Shown: piece by piece, positions 9,623-19,890 of the stretch
Position numbering within the stretch: the stretch's first letter is position 1
Layout: each line of letters starts with the position of its first letter
Assembly (NCBI RefSeq): GCF_009882935.1
Contig: NZ_WTVA01000015.1
Location: forward strand, 597,108-629,107
Length of the DNA: 32,000 bases
Source: Sneathiella chungangensis
Lineage (GTDB): Bacteria > Pseudomonadota > Alphaproteobacteria > Sneathiellales > Sneathiellaceae
Reading direction: 5' to 3'
Translations under genes and position numbers: made by a program
The notes under the pieces: model-generated
The model's input: the letters and a program-made list of their open reading frames with translations, nothing else
Database searches by the model: none
What the model was told of the DNA's origin: nothing

Positions 9623-9765
9623 CCTTTAAATGCCCCAATAAACGTTAATCGGTATAAATGTTGATCCTCATTATTTTTTTTCTTTATTCCATTTTATATT
9701 CGATTTCTTGATATATATTGACTATACACTGCAAGACAATTGAAGTAGATGGAGGTTCAATTACA

Positions 9766-10182
9766 ATGTCTGAAAAAATAGAGAAACTGGAGCTGCTCGC
9801 CCTGACGACAGATATTGTGACCTCACACTTATCGCGCAACCCGGTGGACGCGGCGGAAATTTCGACGCTGATCAACGACGTTTTTAACACTCTTTCAACC
9901 GTCGGTGAAGCGCCGGAAGAAGAAGACAAGCCGGAGCCCGTCGTCGCCATTCGCAAATCGATCCATCCCGATTACATCATTTGCCTCGAAGACGGCAAGA
10001 AGTTGAAGATGCTCAAACGGCATCTAAAAACATCCTACGACATGACGCCCGACGAATATCGGGAGCGCTGGGGCCTGCCGGCCGATTATCCGATGGTCGC
10101 GCCGAATTATGCTGAGCAACGCCGCACTCTGGCCAAGAAAATCGGCCTGGGAACCCGCCGCAAGAAAGCGCGGAGCAAGTAA
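9766..10182 (+). CDS. MucR/Ros family transcriptional regulator
   Basis: 138 aa from ATG 9766; IRKSIHPDYIICLEDGKKLKMLKRHLKTSYDMTPDEYRERWGLPADYPMVAPNYAEQRR is the classic MucR/Ros zinc-finger region. Confidence 0.93.
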   Translation: MSEKIEKLELLALTTDIVTSHLSRNPVDAAEISTLINDVFNTLSTVGEAPEEEDKPEPVVAIRKSIHPDYIICLEDGKKLKMLKRHLKTSYDMTPDEYRERWGLPADYPMVAPNYAEQRRTLAKKIGLGTRRKKARSK

Positions 10183-10224
10183 TCCCTACTTTCGCTGGCC
10201 CTAAAAAATTATTCGTATAAAATC

Positions 10225-10254
10225 ATGACTGCTGGCGGACATGTCGGCAGTCAT
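10225..10254 (+). promoter_or_regulatory. Stem-loop / inverted repeat in the 5' leader of fur
   Basis: ATGACTGCTG (10225-10234) pairs with CGGCAGTCAT (10245-10254): 10 bp with one G-U, 10-nt loop; TATAAA-like -10 at 10216-10221. Confidence 0.5.
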
Positions 10255-10273
10255 TTGGTTATTAGAGGTTCAC

Positions 10274-10759
10274 ATGCCAACTCGCCTGGAACAGATCTGC
10301 CTCGACAAGGGCCTGCGTATGACGGAGCAACGGCGCGTAATTGCGCGCGTCCTCTCCGAATCACAAGACCATCCGGACGTGGAACTCGTTTATAAACGGG
10401 CGTCGGATATCGATGACACCATCAGCATCTCAACGGTCTATCGCACTGTCCGCATGTTTGAGGAAAATGGCATTCTGGAACGTCATGATTTCGGGGATGG
10501 CCGCGCCCGCTATGAGGAAGCGTCGGAAGAGCATCATGACCATCTGATCAATGTGCAGACCGGTCAGGTGATCGAGTTTACAAGTGAACAGATCGAGGAA
10601 CTTCAGAAGAAAATCGCCAAAGAACTCGGGTTTGAATTGATCGACCATAGGCTGGAACTATACGGAAAACCTCTATCCAAGTCCGCGGTGGCCGCGGTAC
10701 CGCCGGAGGAATCGGTTGTCAACATCAAGCAGACGGCGCACAGCCGAAAAAAAGACTAG
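10274..10759 (+). CDS. fur: Fur-family metal-responsive transcriptional regulator
   Basis: LEQICLDKGLRMTEQRRVIARVLSESQDHPDVELVYKRA...STVYRTVRMFEENGIL...HHDHLI; start ATG 10274. Confidence 0.92.
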   Translation: MPTRLEQICLDKGLRMTEQRRVIARVLSESQDHPDVELVYKRASDIDDTISISTVYRTVRMFEENGILERHDFGDGRARYEEASEEHHDHLINVQTGQVIEFTSEQIEELQKKIAKELGFELIDHRLELYGKPLSKSAVAAVPPEESVVNIKQTAHSRKKD

Positions 10760-10786
10760 TGGACCCGTCCGCGCCCGGCGTTGTTT

Positions 10787-11569
10787 ATGAGTAATATAAG
10801 ATCAACCCTTACCGCACTGGCCGCCCTGCTCTGGGCGGCGTTACTCGTGCCCCTGCAATTGATTGTACTGTTGTTTTTCAAGCAGCATCGATACAAAATT
10901 CCGCAGTTTTTCCATGCCGGCCTGTGTCGGCTGTTACGGGTCAAAGTTGTTGTCTCCGGTGAAATTGAGGAAAGCCGCCCGACGCTGTTCGTCATCAACC
11001 ATATCTCGTGGCTGGATATTCCGGTAATCGGAAAGGTTCTTCAGGGAAGCTTCGTCGCCAAAAAGGAGGTAGAGGGATATCCGCTTGTAGGCCCGATCTC
11101 CAAACTACAGCAAACCATTTTTATCGAGCGCTCCCGCCCGGCCATCAAGGGCCACAAAGGCGAAATGCAGGAACATCTGGAAAACGGCGACAATCTTTTT
11201 CTTTTTCCGGAAGGCACCTCGTCAAACGGCATCATAATCCAGAATTTCAAAAGCGCCTATTTTGGGCTGGCGGAACGTGAAATCAATGGCCATCACCTGA
11301 AGGTGCAACCGGTTACGATCGCCTACAGCCGACTGAACGGTATTCCGCTCACCCGCGGAACCATGAGCATCGTCGCCTGGGTCGGCGATAAAGAATTGCT
11401 GAGCCATGTCTGGGCGTTTTTGAAGCGTGGCACAGTAACCGCGGAGTTGCGGTTTCATCCGCCGGTGACCATCGACGACTATGATTCTCGAAAAACGCTG
11501 GCGAGTGATTGCCAGCTGACAATCGCCAAGAGCCTGAGCCGCGCCCTTACCGGTCGCGCAGAGCCTTGA
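10787..11569 (+). CDS. plsC: 1-acyl-sn-glycerol-3-phosphate acyltransferase (PlsC family)
   Basis: FVINHISWLDIPV (H-x4-D), FLFPEGTSSNG; N-terminal TM segment. Start ATG 10787 preferred over TTG 10781. Confidence 0.88.
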   Translation: MSNIRSTLTALAALLWAALLVPLQLIVLLFFKQHRYKIPQFFHAGLCRLLRVKVVVSGEIEESRPTLFVINHISWLDIPVIGKVLQGSFVAKKEVEGYPLVGPISKLQQTIFIERSRPAIKGHKGEMQEHLENGDNLFLFPEGTSSNGIIIQNFKSAYFGLAEREINGHHLKVQPVTIAYSRLNGIPLTRGTMSIVAWVGDKELLSHVWAFLKRGTVTAELRFHPPVTIDDYDSRKTLASDCQLTIAKSLSRALTGRAEP

Positions 11570-11730
11570 TGGGGAAATTGACGAGGAATTAGCCGGGATA
11601 GGTGATTTTTCCCGTGAAATACATCCAGCGCTTCTCTATTTGTCATATAACTGCTATTTTATTCGTGATAAGGAGCGCGGAGCATTTTGACATTTAGGGC
11701 CTTAAGAACCGGCGAGGTTGGCGAGAAAGC

Positions 11731-13092
11731 GTGAGCAAAAAACTGTATATTTCCACATATGGCTGCCAGATGAACGTGTATGATTCAGCCCGCATGGCAG
11801 ACCTGATGGCCCCCCTTGGATATACCCTGACAGACAAACCGGCGGACGCCGATATGGCGATTCTCAATACATGCCATATCCGGGAAAAAGCGTCCGAGAA
11901 GACCTTCTCGGAACTTGGCCGGCTGCGCAACATGCGTCAGGACAAGAAGGCAAAGCAAGATGGCGATATGATCATCGCCGTCGCCGGATGCGTGGCCCAG
12001 GCCGAGGGTGCGGAAATCATGAAGCGCGCGCCATATGTCGATATGGTGTTCGGGCCGCAGTCCTATCACCACCTGCCGCAGATGGTGGCGCAGGCGACCC
12101 GCGGCGTTGGCCATATCCTGGAGACGGATTTCCCGGTTGAGCCAAAATTCGATCATCTGCCGGAAGACGCGATCGATAAAAACCTGAGCGCGTTTCTGAC
12201 CGTACAGGAAGGCTGCGACAAGTTCTGCGCCTTCTGTGTGGTGCCTTACACACGGGGCGCCGAATTCTCGCGTCCGGTGGCGTCCATCGTCGATGAAGCC
12301 AAACGCATGATCGCCAGCGGCACCAAGGAAATCACGCTTCTCGGACAAAATGTCAATGCCTACCATGGCGAGGGGGCGGACGGAAAACCAGCAAGTCTCG
12401 CCACTCTGATCCAGAAACTTGCCGAGATCGATGGTCTTCACCGGCTCCGCTATACGACATCGCATCCGCTGGAAATGACCGAAGACCTTTGCCGCGCGCA
12501 TCGGGATGTCGAGATATTGATGCCCTATCTCCACCTGCCGGTTCAGGCCGGCTCCGACCGCATCCTTGCCGCGATGAACCGGCGTCACACGTCGGATGAG
12601 TACAGGCGCATTATCGACAAGCTCCGTCACTACCGGCCGGACCTGGCGCTATCGGGCGATTTTATCGTCGGGTTCCCGGGGGAAACCGAGCAGGAATTTG
12701 AAGACACCCTGCAGCTTGTTCGCGACGTTGAATATGCGCAGGCCTATAGCTTCAAATACAGTCCGCGACCCGGAACGCCGGCGGCCGCCCTCGGCGATGA
12801 GATGGTCGAGGAAACAGTGAAATCCGAGCGACTTGCCCGCCTGCAGCAGCTGCTGAACGAACAGCAGCTTGCCTACAACCGGTCATTCGTCGGTAAGGAG
12901 ATCGATGTCCTTTTGGAAAGAGAGGGAAAGCGCGAGGGCCAACTGGTTGGCCGGAGTCCTTACATGCAGTCCGTTTTCGTTCCCTCCCCGGCGCATCGGA
13001 TCGGCCGCATCGCAACTGTCATCGTACAAGAGGGAAATGCAAACTCTCTGCGTGGCGAACTGAAACCCGGTAGCGTCGCGGATGCGGCCTAG
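11731..13092 (+). CDS. miaB: tRNA-2-methylthio-N6-dimethylallyladenosine synthase
   Basis: 453 aa; [44 protein letters not shown] (radical SAM CxxxCxxC), TRAM-like C-terminus. GTG start. Confidence 0.97.
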   Translation: MSKKLYISTYGCQMNVYDSARMADLMAPLGYTLTDKPADADMAILNTCHIREKASEKTFSELGRLRNMRQDKKAKQDGDMIIAVAGCVAQAEGAEIMKRAPYVDMVFGPQSYHHLPQMVAQATRGVGHILETDFPVEPKFDHLPEDAIDKNLSAFLTVQEGCDKFCAFCVVPYTRGAEFSRPVASIVDEAKRMIASGTKEITLLGQNVNAYHGEGADGKPASLATLIQKLAEIDGLHRLRYTTSHPLEMTEDLCRAHRDVEILMPYLHLPVQAGSDRILAAMNRRHTSDEYRRIIDKLRHYRPDLALSGDFIVGFPGETEQEFEDTLQLVRDVEYAQAYSFKYSPRPGTPAAALGDEMVEETVKSERLARLQQLLNEQQLAYNRSFVGKEIDVLLEREGKREGQLVGRSPYMQSVFVPSPAHRIGRIATVIVQEGNANSLRGELKPGSVADAA

Positions 13093-13100
13093 GAACAAAC

Positions 13101-14138
13101 GTGGCAAAAAATCAATCGAGCTCCAAAACCTTGAAACGCACTCCTGACCAGACCGACGCGACGATCCTCGAATTTGATGACAATTACCTGCTTGCCCAGC
13201 TTGTTGGGGAACATGATCGATATCTTGCGCGTATCGAGCAGGGACTGGACGTCTCCGTCGTCTCGCGCGGCAATAAGATGGCCATATCCGGCAGTAATTC
13301 GGCGCGCGCGTCCGCCAAATCGGTATTGCTCGATTTGTATGAGAGGCTGAAAAAAGGCCTCGATGTCGCGGAAGGTGAAGTCGACGGCGCCATTCGCATG
13401 GCGGGCAACGCCCCGGCGGAAGACGGCAGCCGCGGTTCCGTCTCCGGCGAGGACATGATCGTGACAAAGCGGCGGCGGATTACGCCGCGCTCTACGAATC
13501 AGGCGGTATATGTAAAATCCCTGCGCACGCATGAACTGGTCTTCGGCCTTGGTCCGGCAGGTACCGGCAAGACCTACCTTGCCGTCGCCAATGCCGTCGC
13601 CATGCTGATCGAGAACAAGGTCGACCGCCTCATCCTTGCACGCCCCGCGGTGGAGGCCGGCGAAAAACTCGGGTTCCTTCCCGGCGACATGCGCGATAAG
13701 ATCGATCCGTATCTTCGCCCCCTCTATGATGCGCTCTATGACATGCTTCCCGCCGAAGAAGTCGTCAAGCGGCTCGAAAACGGAGAGATCGAAGTCGCCG
13801 CGCTCGCGTTCATGCGCGGGCGCACGCTCTCCAATGCGGCAATTATCCTCGATGAAGCGCAAAACACCACGCCTGTGCAAATGAAAATGCTGCTCACCCG
13901 GATGGGCGAGAATTCACGCATGGCGGTCACGGGCGATCTTAGCCAGATTGACCTGCCGCTCGGGATGCGATCGGGCCTGCATGAGGCCGTCGATATTTTG
14001 AAGGGCGTCAAGGGCATCGATTTTATTCATTTCGGCGAGGCCGATGTGGTGCGGCACCCTCTGGTCACCCGCATCGTGAAAGCTTACGGGGAACATGACC
14101 GGGAGAAGCAGCTTGCACTCAAGTCACGCAAGACTTGA
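13101..14138 (+). CDS. phoH: PhoH family ATPase
   Basis: 345 aa; FGLGPAGTGKTYLAVANAVA (Walker A), LPGDMRDKIDPYLRPLYDAL, AAIILDEAQNTTPVQMKMLLTRMGENSRMAVTGDLSQIDLP. Confidence 0.96.
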   Translation: MAKNQSSSKTLKRTPDQTDATILEFDDNYLLAQLVGEHDRYLARIEQGLDVSVVSRGNKMAISGSNSARASAKSVLLDLYERLKKGLDVAEGEVDGAIRMAGNAPAEDGSRGSVSGEDMIVTKRRRITPRSTNQAVYVKSLRTHELVFGLGPAGTGKTYLAVANAVAMLIENKVDRLILARPAVEAGEKLGFLPGDMRDKIDPYLRPLYDALYDMLPAEEVVKRLENGEIEVAALAFMRGRTLSNAAIILDEAQNTTPVQMKMLLTRMGENSRMAVTGDLSQIDLPLGMRSGLHEAVDILKGVKGIDFIHFGEADVVRHPLVTRIVKAYGEHDREKQLALKSRKT

Positions 14139-14145
14139 TGGCACT

Positions 14146-14724
14146 ATGACCGACCTTCCGTTTACGCTCGACCTTGCCGTCTCCATGCCGGATCCGGCAT
14201 GGGCCGACCTGACCCCAAATCTCCAGACCCGGACGGAAGAGATTACGTCCATTGCGCTGCAGGAAATCAGCCGGGTTTTCGAATTGAAACCCATTGCCGG
14301 CAGCCAGCAGCCCAGCGTCGAAATCAGCCTCGTGTTCACCAATGATTCGGACATTCGCGCGCTCAACCGAGATTATCGGGGAAAGGACCAGCCGACCAAC
14401 GTGCTCTCCTTTCCCGACAGCCCGTTGGACCAGGCGGAACTCGAACAGGCGGTGCGATTGGGAGAGCCGCTTCTCCTTGGCGATATCGTCCTCGCGCGCG
14501 AGACATTAATCCGTGAGGCAGAAGCCCAGCACAAAAATGTTTCCGATCATTTCGCTCATCTTCTCTGTCACGGCGTTTTACACCTTGCCGGTTTCGACCA
14601 TATGGACGAAAATGAAGCCGTAGAGATGGAAAATCTTGAAATTATGATCTTGCGGCGCTTACATATCGCTAATCCCTACGAACTTTCTGATCAGCCGCGA
14701 CAGGAGACCCCTGACTTAAAATGA
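14146..14724 (+). CDS. ybeY: Endoribonuclease / rRNA maturation factor YbeY
   Basis: TNVLSFP, LGDIVLA, HFAHLLCHGVLHLAGFDHMDENEAVEMENLE (HGxLHLxGxDH); start ATG 14146. Confidence 0.95.
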   Translation: MTDLPFTLDLAVSMPDPAWADLTPNLQTRTEEITSIALQEISRVFELKPIAGSQQPSVEISLVFTNDSDIRALNRDYRGKDQPTNVLSFPDSPLDQAELEQAVRLGEPLLLGDIVLARETLIREAEAQHKNVSDHFAHLLCHGVLHLAGFDHMDENEAVEMENLEIMILRRLHIANPYELSDQPRQETPDLK

Positions 14725-15641
14725 CCGATAATTTGTCGAGCGAGAGTCTTTCGGAAACTCCGGAAGGTCCGACATCGCAAAAATCCGAGAATACGGTTCT
14801 ACATATCCTGAAACGCGTTTTGGGAATCGGGCAGCAGACAGAACGAAGTGTGCGCTCCACGCTTGAAGAACTAATCGAAGAACATGACGATCCCGAACAA
14901 TCCATAAATCCATCTGAAAAGCTGATGCTGACCAACATCCTGAGTTTCTCGGAACTCAGCATCAGCGACGTCATGGTGCCCCGCGCCGATATCGAGGCGA
15001 TTGACGCCAATTCGACGCTGGAACATGTGGTGGAACGGTTCAAGGAAACCAGCCACTCCAGACTGCCGGTTTACAGCGAAACGCTCGACAATGTCACCGG
15101 CATGTTCCATATCAAGGACCTGATTAATTTCTGGGGCCGCAAAGATGCCGGAAAATGGCAGAATTTCCGCCGCGAGATTCTCTTCGTGCCGCCATCCATG
15201 TCCGTGCCGGATCTGCTGCTGAAAATGCGGGCAACGCATATTCACATGGCGGCGGTGGTTGATGAATATGGCGGTATCGACGGGCTGGTAACCATCGAAG
15301 ATCTTGTTGAGGAAATCGTCGGAGACATCGAGGATGAGCATGACGAACAGGAAGGTCCGCTGATTGTCGTCGGCGCCAACGACATGATTGAAGCCGACGC
15401 CCGCGCATCGATCGAGGAACTTGAAGCCCTTGTCGGTATGGATTTGCTCCCCGAAGAAGAGGACGAGGAGGTTGATACGGTTGGCGGCCTTGTATTCCAG
15501 CTGGCGGGCCAGATTCCGACCCGGGGAGAAATCATTTCCCATCCCGACGGCCTGGAATTCGAAATCATCGACGCCGATCCCCGGAAAGTGAAACGGGTTC
15601 GCATTCGCCGGCGTACACCGGATTCGGAAGAGGCTGAATGA
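14721..15641 (+). CDS. CorC/TlyC-like hemolysin family protein with CBS domains
   Basis: ISDVMVPRADIEAID, SRLPVYSETLDNVTGMFHIKDL, HMAAVVDEYGGIDGLVTIEDLVEEIVGDIEDEHD; C-terminal CorC_HlyC domain. ATGA overlap with ybeY. Confidence 0.93.
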   Translation: MTDNLSSESLSETPEGPTSQKSENTVLHILKRVLGIGQQTERSVRSTLEELIEEHDDPEQSINPSEKLMLTNILSFSELSISDVMVPRADIEAIDANSTLEHVVERFKETSHSRLPVYSETLDNVTGMFHIKDLINFWGRKDAGKWQNFRREILFVPPSMSVPDLLLKMRATHIHMAAVVDEYGGIDGLVTIEDLVEEIVGDIEDEHDEQEGPLIVVGANDMIEADARASIEELEALVGMDLLPEEEDEEVDTVGGLVFQLAGQIPTRGEIISHPDGLEFEIIDADPRKVKRVRIRRRTPDSEEAE

Positions 15642-17215
15642 CGGCTTTAAACCGCCGGATCGCGGGACTTTCCTTTTTTAAGAAATCCCTCCTCGCGTTC
15701 CTGTTGGGGGCGCTTGTTGCCGCCGCCCTGCCCCCCCTTAACCTGGTCTTTCTGTTGCCGGTCAGCTTTACGGGCCTTATCTGGATACTAAGCTCGGCAG
15801 AAACCCGGACGCAGGCCTTTTTCGCCGGCTGGTGGTTTGCCTGGGGCCAGTTCATCGCCGGCCTGTATTGGATCGGCGTCGCCTTTACTATAGATGCCAA
15901 GACCCATGCGGTTCTGATGCCCTTGCCGGTTCTGGTCCTGCCGGCTTTTCTCGCGGTTCTGTCAGGCGGCGCAACCCTTGCGACCCATCTTACCGGAGCC
16001 CGGTCCGTCGGCCGGATTTTTGTGTTCAGCGCGTTTTGGCTGTTGTTTGAATATATCCGCGGCGTCCTCTTTACCGGATTTCCCTGGAACCTCGTCGGCT
16101 ACAGCTGGAGCGCTTTTCTTCCGGTCATGCAGTCGACGGCCTTTATCGGCATATATGGCCTGACACTCCTCACCGTCTTCATTGCCAGCCTGCCCGCGCT
16201 GTTCGGCGAGGACGGCGTTTCACGAAAAGCGGCGGGCGCATCGCTTGTCGGATCAATTGCGCTGTTCGCCGCTATCTTCGGCGCGGGATTTCTTCGAATT
16301 CCCTCCGGCCCCGTTGACTCCTTTGAAAATGCATCCCTTCGCATTGTCCAGCCCAATATCCGCCAGAGCCTGAAATGGCAGCCGGACCTTCTGCTCGACC
16401 ATTTGCGCAAGATCGTGTCGCTTAGCCTGATCGACGAGGGGGTGCCGCCGCGTTTCTATATCTGGCCAGAAACTGCCGTCCCGTATTATCTGACAACCGC
16501 CAAGCAACTTAAAAAGGAGCTTGCGCAAATCATCCCGCCGAGCGGCGCCATCATTACCGGTGCACCGCGCCGCGATCCGGATGTCCGTCGTTACTGGAAC
16601 AGTCTTCAAGTGCTTGGAAGTTCGGGCGAGATACTGGATATCTATGACAAGCAGCATCTGGTCCCTTACGGCGAATATATGCCGCTTCGTCCGTTGATGG
16701 TTGCGACGGGACTGACGGAGATCATTCCGGCACTTGACCGGATGTCGGATTTCGCCACACCCGACAAGGCCGCGAAGAAAGTCATTTCAGTTCCCGGCCT
16801 CCCTCCGGCCCGCGCAATGATCTGCTACGAAATTGCCTTTCCATGGGAAGTTGCCCCGAAGACCGCCTTCTCCTGGATACTCAACATCACCAACGATGGA
16901 TGGTTCGGTGATACCTCGGGTCCCTATCAGCACTTTGCGATCACCCGCACCCGTGCCATAGAGCAGGGCGTGGCGGTCGTTCGCGCTGCCAATACGGGTA
17001 TTTCGGCAATCATCGATCCCTACGGCCGAGTTGAGGAAAAGCTGGAACTAAACGAGGCGGGCATCATTGACGGCGGCCTGCCATTACCTATTCCGGATCG
17101 CACTTTTTATGCGCGTCGCGGCGAAATTATTCCTATTTTCCTGACAGTTATATTCGCCGGAATAGGGCTAATGCTCACCTGGCGAAAGGCGAAAAACATA
17201 CGCTTGTCTTCTTGA
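15638..17215 (+). CDS. lnt: Apolipoprotein N-acyltransferase
   Basis: 525 aa, multiple N-terminal TM segments; PNIRQSLKW, IWPETAVPYY, KQHLVPYGEYMPLR, MICYEIAFP, NITNDGWFGDTSGPYQH, RAANTGIS. ATGA overlap with corC-like gene. Confidence 0.95.
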   Translation: MTALNRRIAGLSFFKKSLLAFLLGALVAAALPPLNLVFLLPVSFTGLIWILSSAETRTQAFFAGWWFAWGQFIAGLYWIGVAFTIDAKTHAVLMPLPVLVLPAFLAVLSGGATLATHLTGARSVGRIFVFSAFWLLFEYIRGVLFTGFPWNLVGYSWSAFLPVMQSTAFIGIYGLTLLTVFIASLPALFGEDGVSRKAAGASLVGSIALFAAIFGAGFLRIPSGPVDSFENASLRIVQPNIRQSLKWQPDLLLDHLRKIVSLSLIDEGVPPRFYIWPETAVPYYLTTAKQLKKELAQIIPPSGAIITGAPRRDPDVRRYWNSLQVLGSSGEILDIYDKQHLVPYGEYMPLRPLMVATGLTEIIPALDRMSDFATPDKAAKKVISVPGLPPARAMICYEIAFPWEVAPKTAFSWILNITNDGWFGDTSGPYQHFAITRTRAIEQGVAVVRAANTGISAIIDPYGRVEEKLELNEAGIIDGGLPLPIPDRTFYARRGEIIPIFLTVIFAGIGLMLTWRKAKNIRLSS

Positions 17216-17321
17216 CTAGCATTTTTTTTGACGATACTGATTAAAACAACTTAAAGGATTAGCCGCGTTATCGCCAGCACATGATTCATTTCACGACCTG
17301 TCGTTATCAAGAGGGATTTTA

Positions 17322-17741
17322 ATGCCAAACCATCCGGTGGATGTGCACGTGGGAAGCCGACTGCGAATGCGCCGGACGCTTTTGGGACTCAGCCAGCAAA
17401 AACTCGGAGAGAAGCTCGGACTCACATTTCAGCAGATACAGAAATATGAGCGCGGCGCCAACCGGATCGGCGCAAGCCGCCTGTTTGAGCTGAGCCGGAT
17501 ACTGGATATCAAGCCGTCCTTCTTTTTTGAAGAGATGCCGGCGGGCGGTAGCGCCCTCGCACAGGGTGTTGAGGAACCTGCCGATGAGTTTGAACATGAA
17601 TTCCTTGGTAAACGGGAAACGTTGGAACTCGTCCGCGCCTACTACAAAATCGACAATCTGGAAGTTCGTAAAAGGGTGTTTGACGTCATCAAGGCGCTGG
17701 CGACAGAAGAATCGGAAAAAACCTCTTCCAAGTCCGCCTGA
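17322..17741 (+). CDS. XRE-family HTH transcriptional regulator
   Basis: 139 aa; VGSRLRMRRTLLGLSQQKLGEKLGLTFQQIQKYERGANRIGASRLFELSRIL is a Cro/CI HTH. Confidence 0.9.
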   Translation: MPNHPVDVHVGSRLRMRRTLLGLSQQKLGEKLGLTFQQIQKYERGANRIGASRLFELSRILDIKPSFFFEEMPAGGSALAQGVEEPADEFEHEFLGKRETLELVRAYYKIDNLEVRKRVFDVIKALATEESEKTSSKSA

Positions 17742-17762
17742 TCACTTCCCGCGCAGATTTTC

Positions 17763-17790
17763 TTGACCGCCAACCCGATTTTGCTAGAGT
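17763..17790 (+). promoter_or_regulatory. Candidate sigma70-type promoter for metK
   Basis: TTGACC (17763-17768) - N16 - TAGAGT (17785-17790), 33 nt ahead of metK ATG. Confidence 0.5.
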
Positions 17791-17823
17791 GCGGCAGATT
17801 TTCATACCCGACGGACGATAGAC

Positions 17824-19044
17824 ATGTCCGACATCGACACCGGGTACCGCCCATTGACGAAAGAGGATGTTCGCGTGCCAGCCAAAAATTATCTCTTCAC
17901 CAGTGAATCAGTTTCAGAAGGACATCCCGATAAGGTTTGTGACCGGATTTCGGACAGCATTGTCGACCTTTATTTGTCTGCGGATCCTTATTCGCGCGTC
18001 GCTTGCGAAACCCTGACGACGACAAATCGCATCGTTCTTGCCGGGGAAGTGCGCGGCCCGTCCAGCATTACCAAATCACTGATCGAGGAAACGGCCCGGG
18101 AGGCTGTCAAGGATATCGGCTACGAGCAGGACGGCTTCCACTGGAAAAACGCCGCCGTCGATGTGTTTCTGCATGCCCAGTCGGCCGACATCGCGCAAGG
18201 CGTCGATGCCTCGGGCAACAAGGACGAGGGCGCCGGTGACCAGGGCATCATGTTCGGCTATGCCGTGAACGAGACGGACGTCCTGATGCCGGCACCGATC
18301 TACTATTCCCACAATATCCTCAAGGCTCTCGCGGATGCCCGTCATAGCGGCGCCGAAAAAGGGCTCGGGCCGGATTCCAAAAGTCAGGTCACCCTGGCCT
18401 ATGAAAACGGCAAGCCGGTGCGGGCGACATCTGTCGTCGTGTCCACTCAGCATGATGCCGGTCTTGATGGCGACGCGGTTCGCGAAATCGTCCGGAAATA
18501 TGTAACCAAGGTACTCCCCGACGGCTGGATGTGCCCGGAGGAGGAATTCTACGTGAACCCGACGGGAAAATTCGTCATCGGTGGACCCGATGGCGACGCC
18601 GGGCTGACCGGCCGCAAGATTATCGTCGATACCTACGGCGGCGCGGCGCCTCATGGCGGCGGCGCCTTTTCAGGCAAGGACCCGACCAAGGTCGACCGTT
18701 CGGCGGCTTATGCCTCGCGTTACCTCGCGAAGAACGTCGTGGCTGCCGGCCTTGCTGACCGCTGCTGCATTCAGGTTTCCTACGCAATTGGCGTGTCAAA
18801 GCCGCTTTCGCTCTATGTCGATCTTTTTGGTACCGGCAAGGTGGACGAAAACAGGCTTGCCAAGGTTCTTATGGAGGTCATGGATCTCAGTCCTCGCGGC
18901 ATTCGCGAGCATCTCGGCCTCAACAAGCCGATTTACGCCCGGACCGCCGCCTATGGGCATTTCGGTCGGATGCCGGAAGCCGATGGCGGTTTTTCCTGGG
19001 AGAAAACTGATCTCGCGGACAGCCTGAAATCCGCTCTTTCCTGA
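17824..19044 (+). CDS. metK: S-adenosylmethionine synthetase
   Basis: [39 protein letters not shown]-like ([17 protein letters not shown]), [24 protein letters not shown]-terminal extension ahead of [12 protein letters not shown] leaves the start slightly uncertain. Confidence 0.97.
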   Translation: MSDIDTGYRPLTKEDVRVPAKNYLFTSESVSEGHPDKVCDRISDSIVDLYLSADPYSRVACETLTTTNRIVLAGEVRGPSSITKSLIEETAREAVKDIGYEQDGFHWKNAAVDVFLHAQSADIAQGVDASGNKDEGAGDQGIMFGYAVNETDVLMPAPIYYSHNILKALADARHSGAEKGLGPDSKSQVTLAYENGKPVRATSVVVSTQHDAGLDGDAVREIVRKYVTKVLPDGWMCPEEEFYVNPTGKFVIGGPDGDAGLTGRKIIVDTYGGAAPHGGGAFSGKDPTKVDRSAAYASRYLAKNVVAAGLADRCCIQVSYAIGVSKPLSLYVDLFGTGKVDENRLAKVLMEVMDLSPRGIREHLGLNKPIYARTAAYGHFGRMPEADGGFSWEKTDLADSLKSALS

Positions 19045-19054
19045 CGGATTAGTT

Positions 19055-19747
19055 ATGCCGGAGCAGCAGGCGAAGGGCGGACGTATCCTGTATGGGCGCC
19101 GCCGCGGGAAACCCCTTCGCAAAGGCCAGCAAAAACTGATAGACCGGGATTTGCCGAGGCTGGCGATACCGCTCGACGCGGATTGCCTTGACCTTCCGTC
19201 CCTGTTTCCCGATCCCTGCCGCGCCTACTGGCTGGAGATCGGCTTTGGCGGCGGAGAGCATCTGGCCTGGCAGGCGAAGGCCAATCCTGACGTCGGCTTT
19301 ATCGGATGTGAGCCCTATATCAACGGCGTCGCGATGCTGCTCGGCAAACTCGATGAATTCGGCGCCCGCAATGTCCGCCTGCATAACGAAGCCGCGGAGC
19401 TGTTGATCGACCAACTCCCCAACGCCAGTATCGAGCGGGCCTTCATTCTTTTCCCCGATCCCTGGCCGAAAAGCGGCCACAACAAGCGCCGATTCGTTGC
19501 GACCGCCAATATTGCCGCCCTCGCCCGTGTCCTGCAACCGGGAGCGGAACTTCGAATCGCCACCGATCATACGGATTATGGCGCCTGGATTCTCTGGCAT
19601 ATGCTGCAATCACGGGATTTCGACTGGAAAGCGGAAAGTCCGGAGGATTGGCGGGAGCGCAAGGATGACTGGCCCGCCACCCGCTATGAGATGAAAGCGG
19701 TCAAAAAAGGCCTTCGACCGGTTTATTACCGCTTTCTCCGCCGTTAA
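19055..19747 (+). CDS. trmB: tRNA (guanine-N7-)-methyltransferase
   Basis: WLEIGFGGGEHLAWQAKANPDVGFIGCEPYINGV, FILFPDPWPKSGHNKRR. Confidence 0.95.
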   Translation: MPEQQAKGGRILYGRRRGKPLRKGQQKLIDRDLPRLAIPLDADCLDLPSLFPDPCRAYWLEIGFGGGEHLAWQAKANPDVGFIGCEPYINGVAMLLGKLDEFGARNVRLHNEAAELLIDQLPNASIERAFILFPDPWPKSGHNKRRFVATANIAALARVLQPGAELRIATDHTDYGAWILWHMLQSRDFDWKAESPEDWRERKDDWPATRYEMKAVKKGLRPVYYRFLRR

Positions 19748-19781
19748 TGCCCGTCGGGGCGGCGAAACCAGAAGAAAATGC

Positions 19782-19809
19782 TTGGCTTTGGCGGCATCTC
19801 GTCTATTAT
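19782..19809 (+). promoter_or_regulatory. Candidate promoter for the rimP-nusA-infB operon
   Basis: TTGGCT (19782-19787) - N16 - TATTAT (19804-19809). Confidence 0.4.
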
Positions 19810-19854
19810 ATGTCGCATACATACTGTTCGCTCACCGTCAGGATGAGCTTTGGA

Positions 19855-19883
19855 ACGGTGGGCCTCTGGTCCGCTGTTTTTTT
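19855..19883 (+). terminator. Intrinsic terminator / attenuator immediately upstream of rimP
   Basis: ACGGTGGGCC (19855-19864) / TCT loop / GGTCCGCTGT (19868-19877), 10 bp including 3 G-U pairs, running into T7 (19877-19883). Confidence 0.7.
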
Positions 19884-19890
19884 ATGTTTA

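Noticed and set aside
11785-12630. 281-aa ORF on the minus strand opposite miaB
   Set aside because: Antisense shadow of conserved radical-SAM sequence.
17240-17256. TTAA-N6-TTAA pair upstream of the XRE-family gene, resembling a CtrA box
   Set aside because: The spacing is six rather than the canonical seven bases, so it is not a supported CtrA site.
17742-17823. Possible SAM-sensing riboswitch upstream of metK
   Set aside because: The leader after the likely promoter is only about 25-30 nt, too short, and I see no SAM-II or SAM/SAH conserved core.
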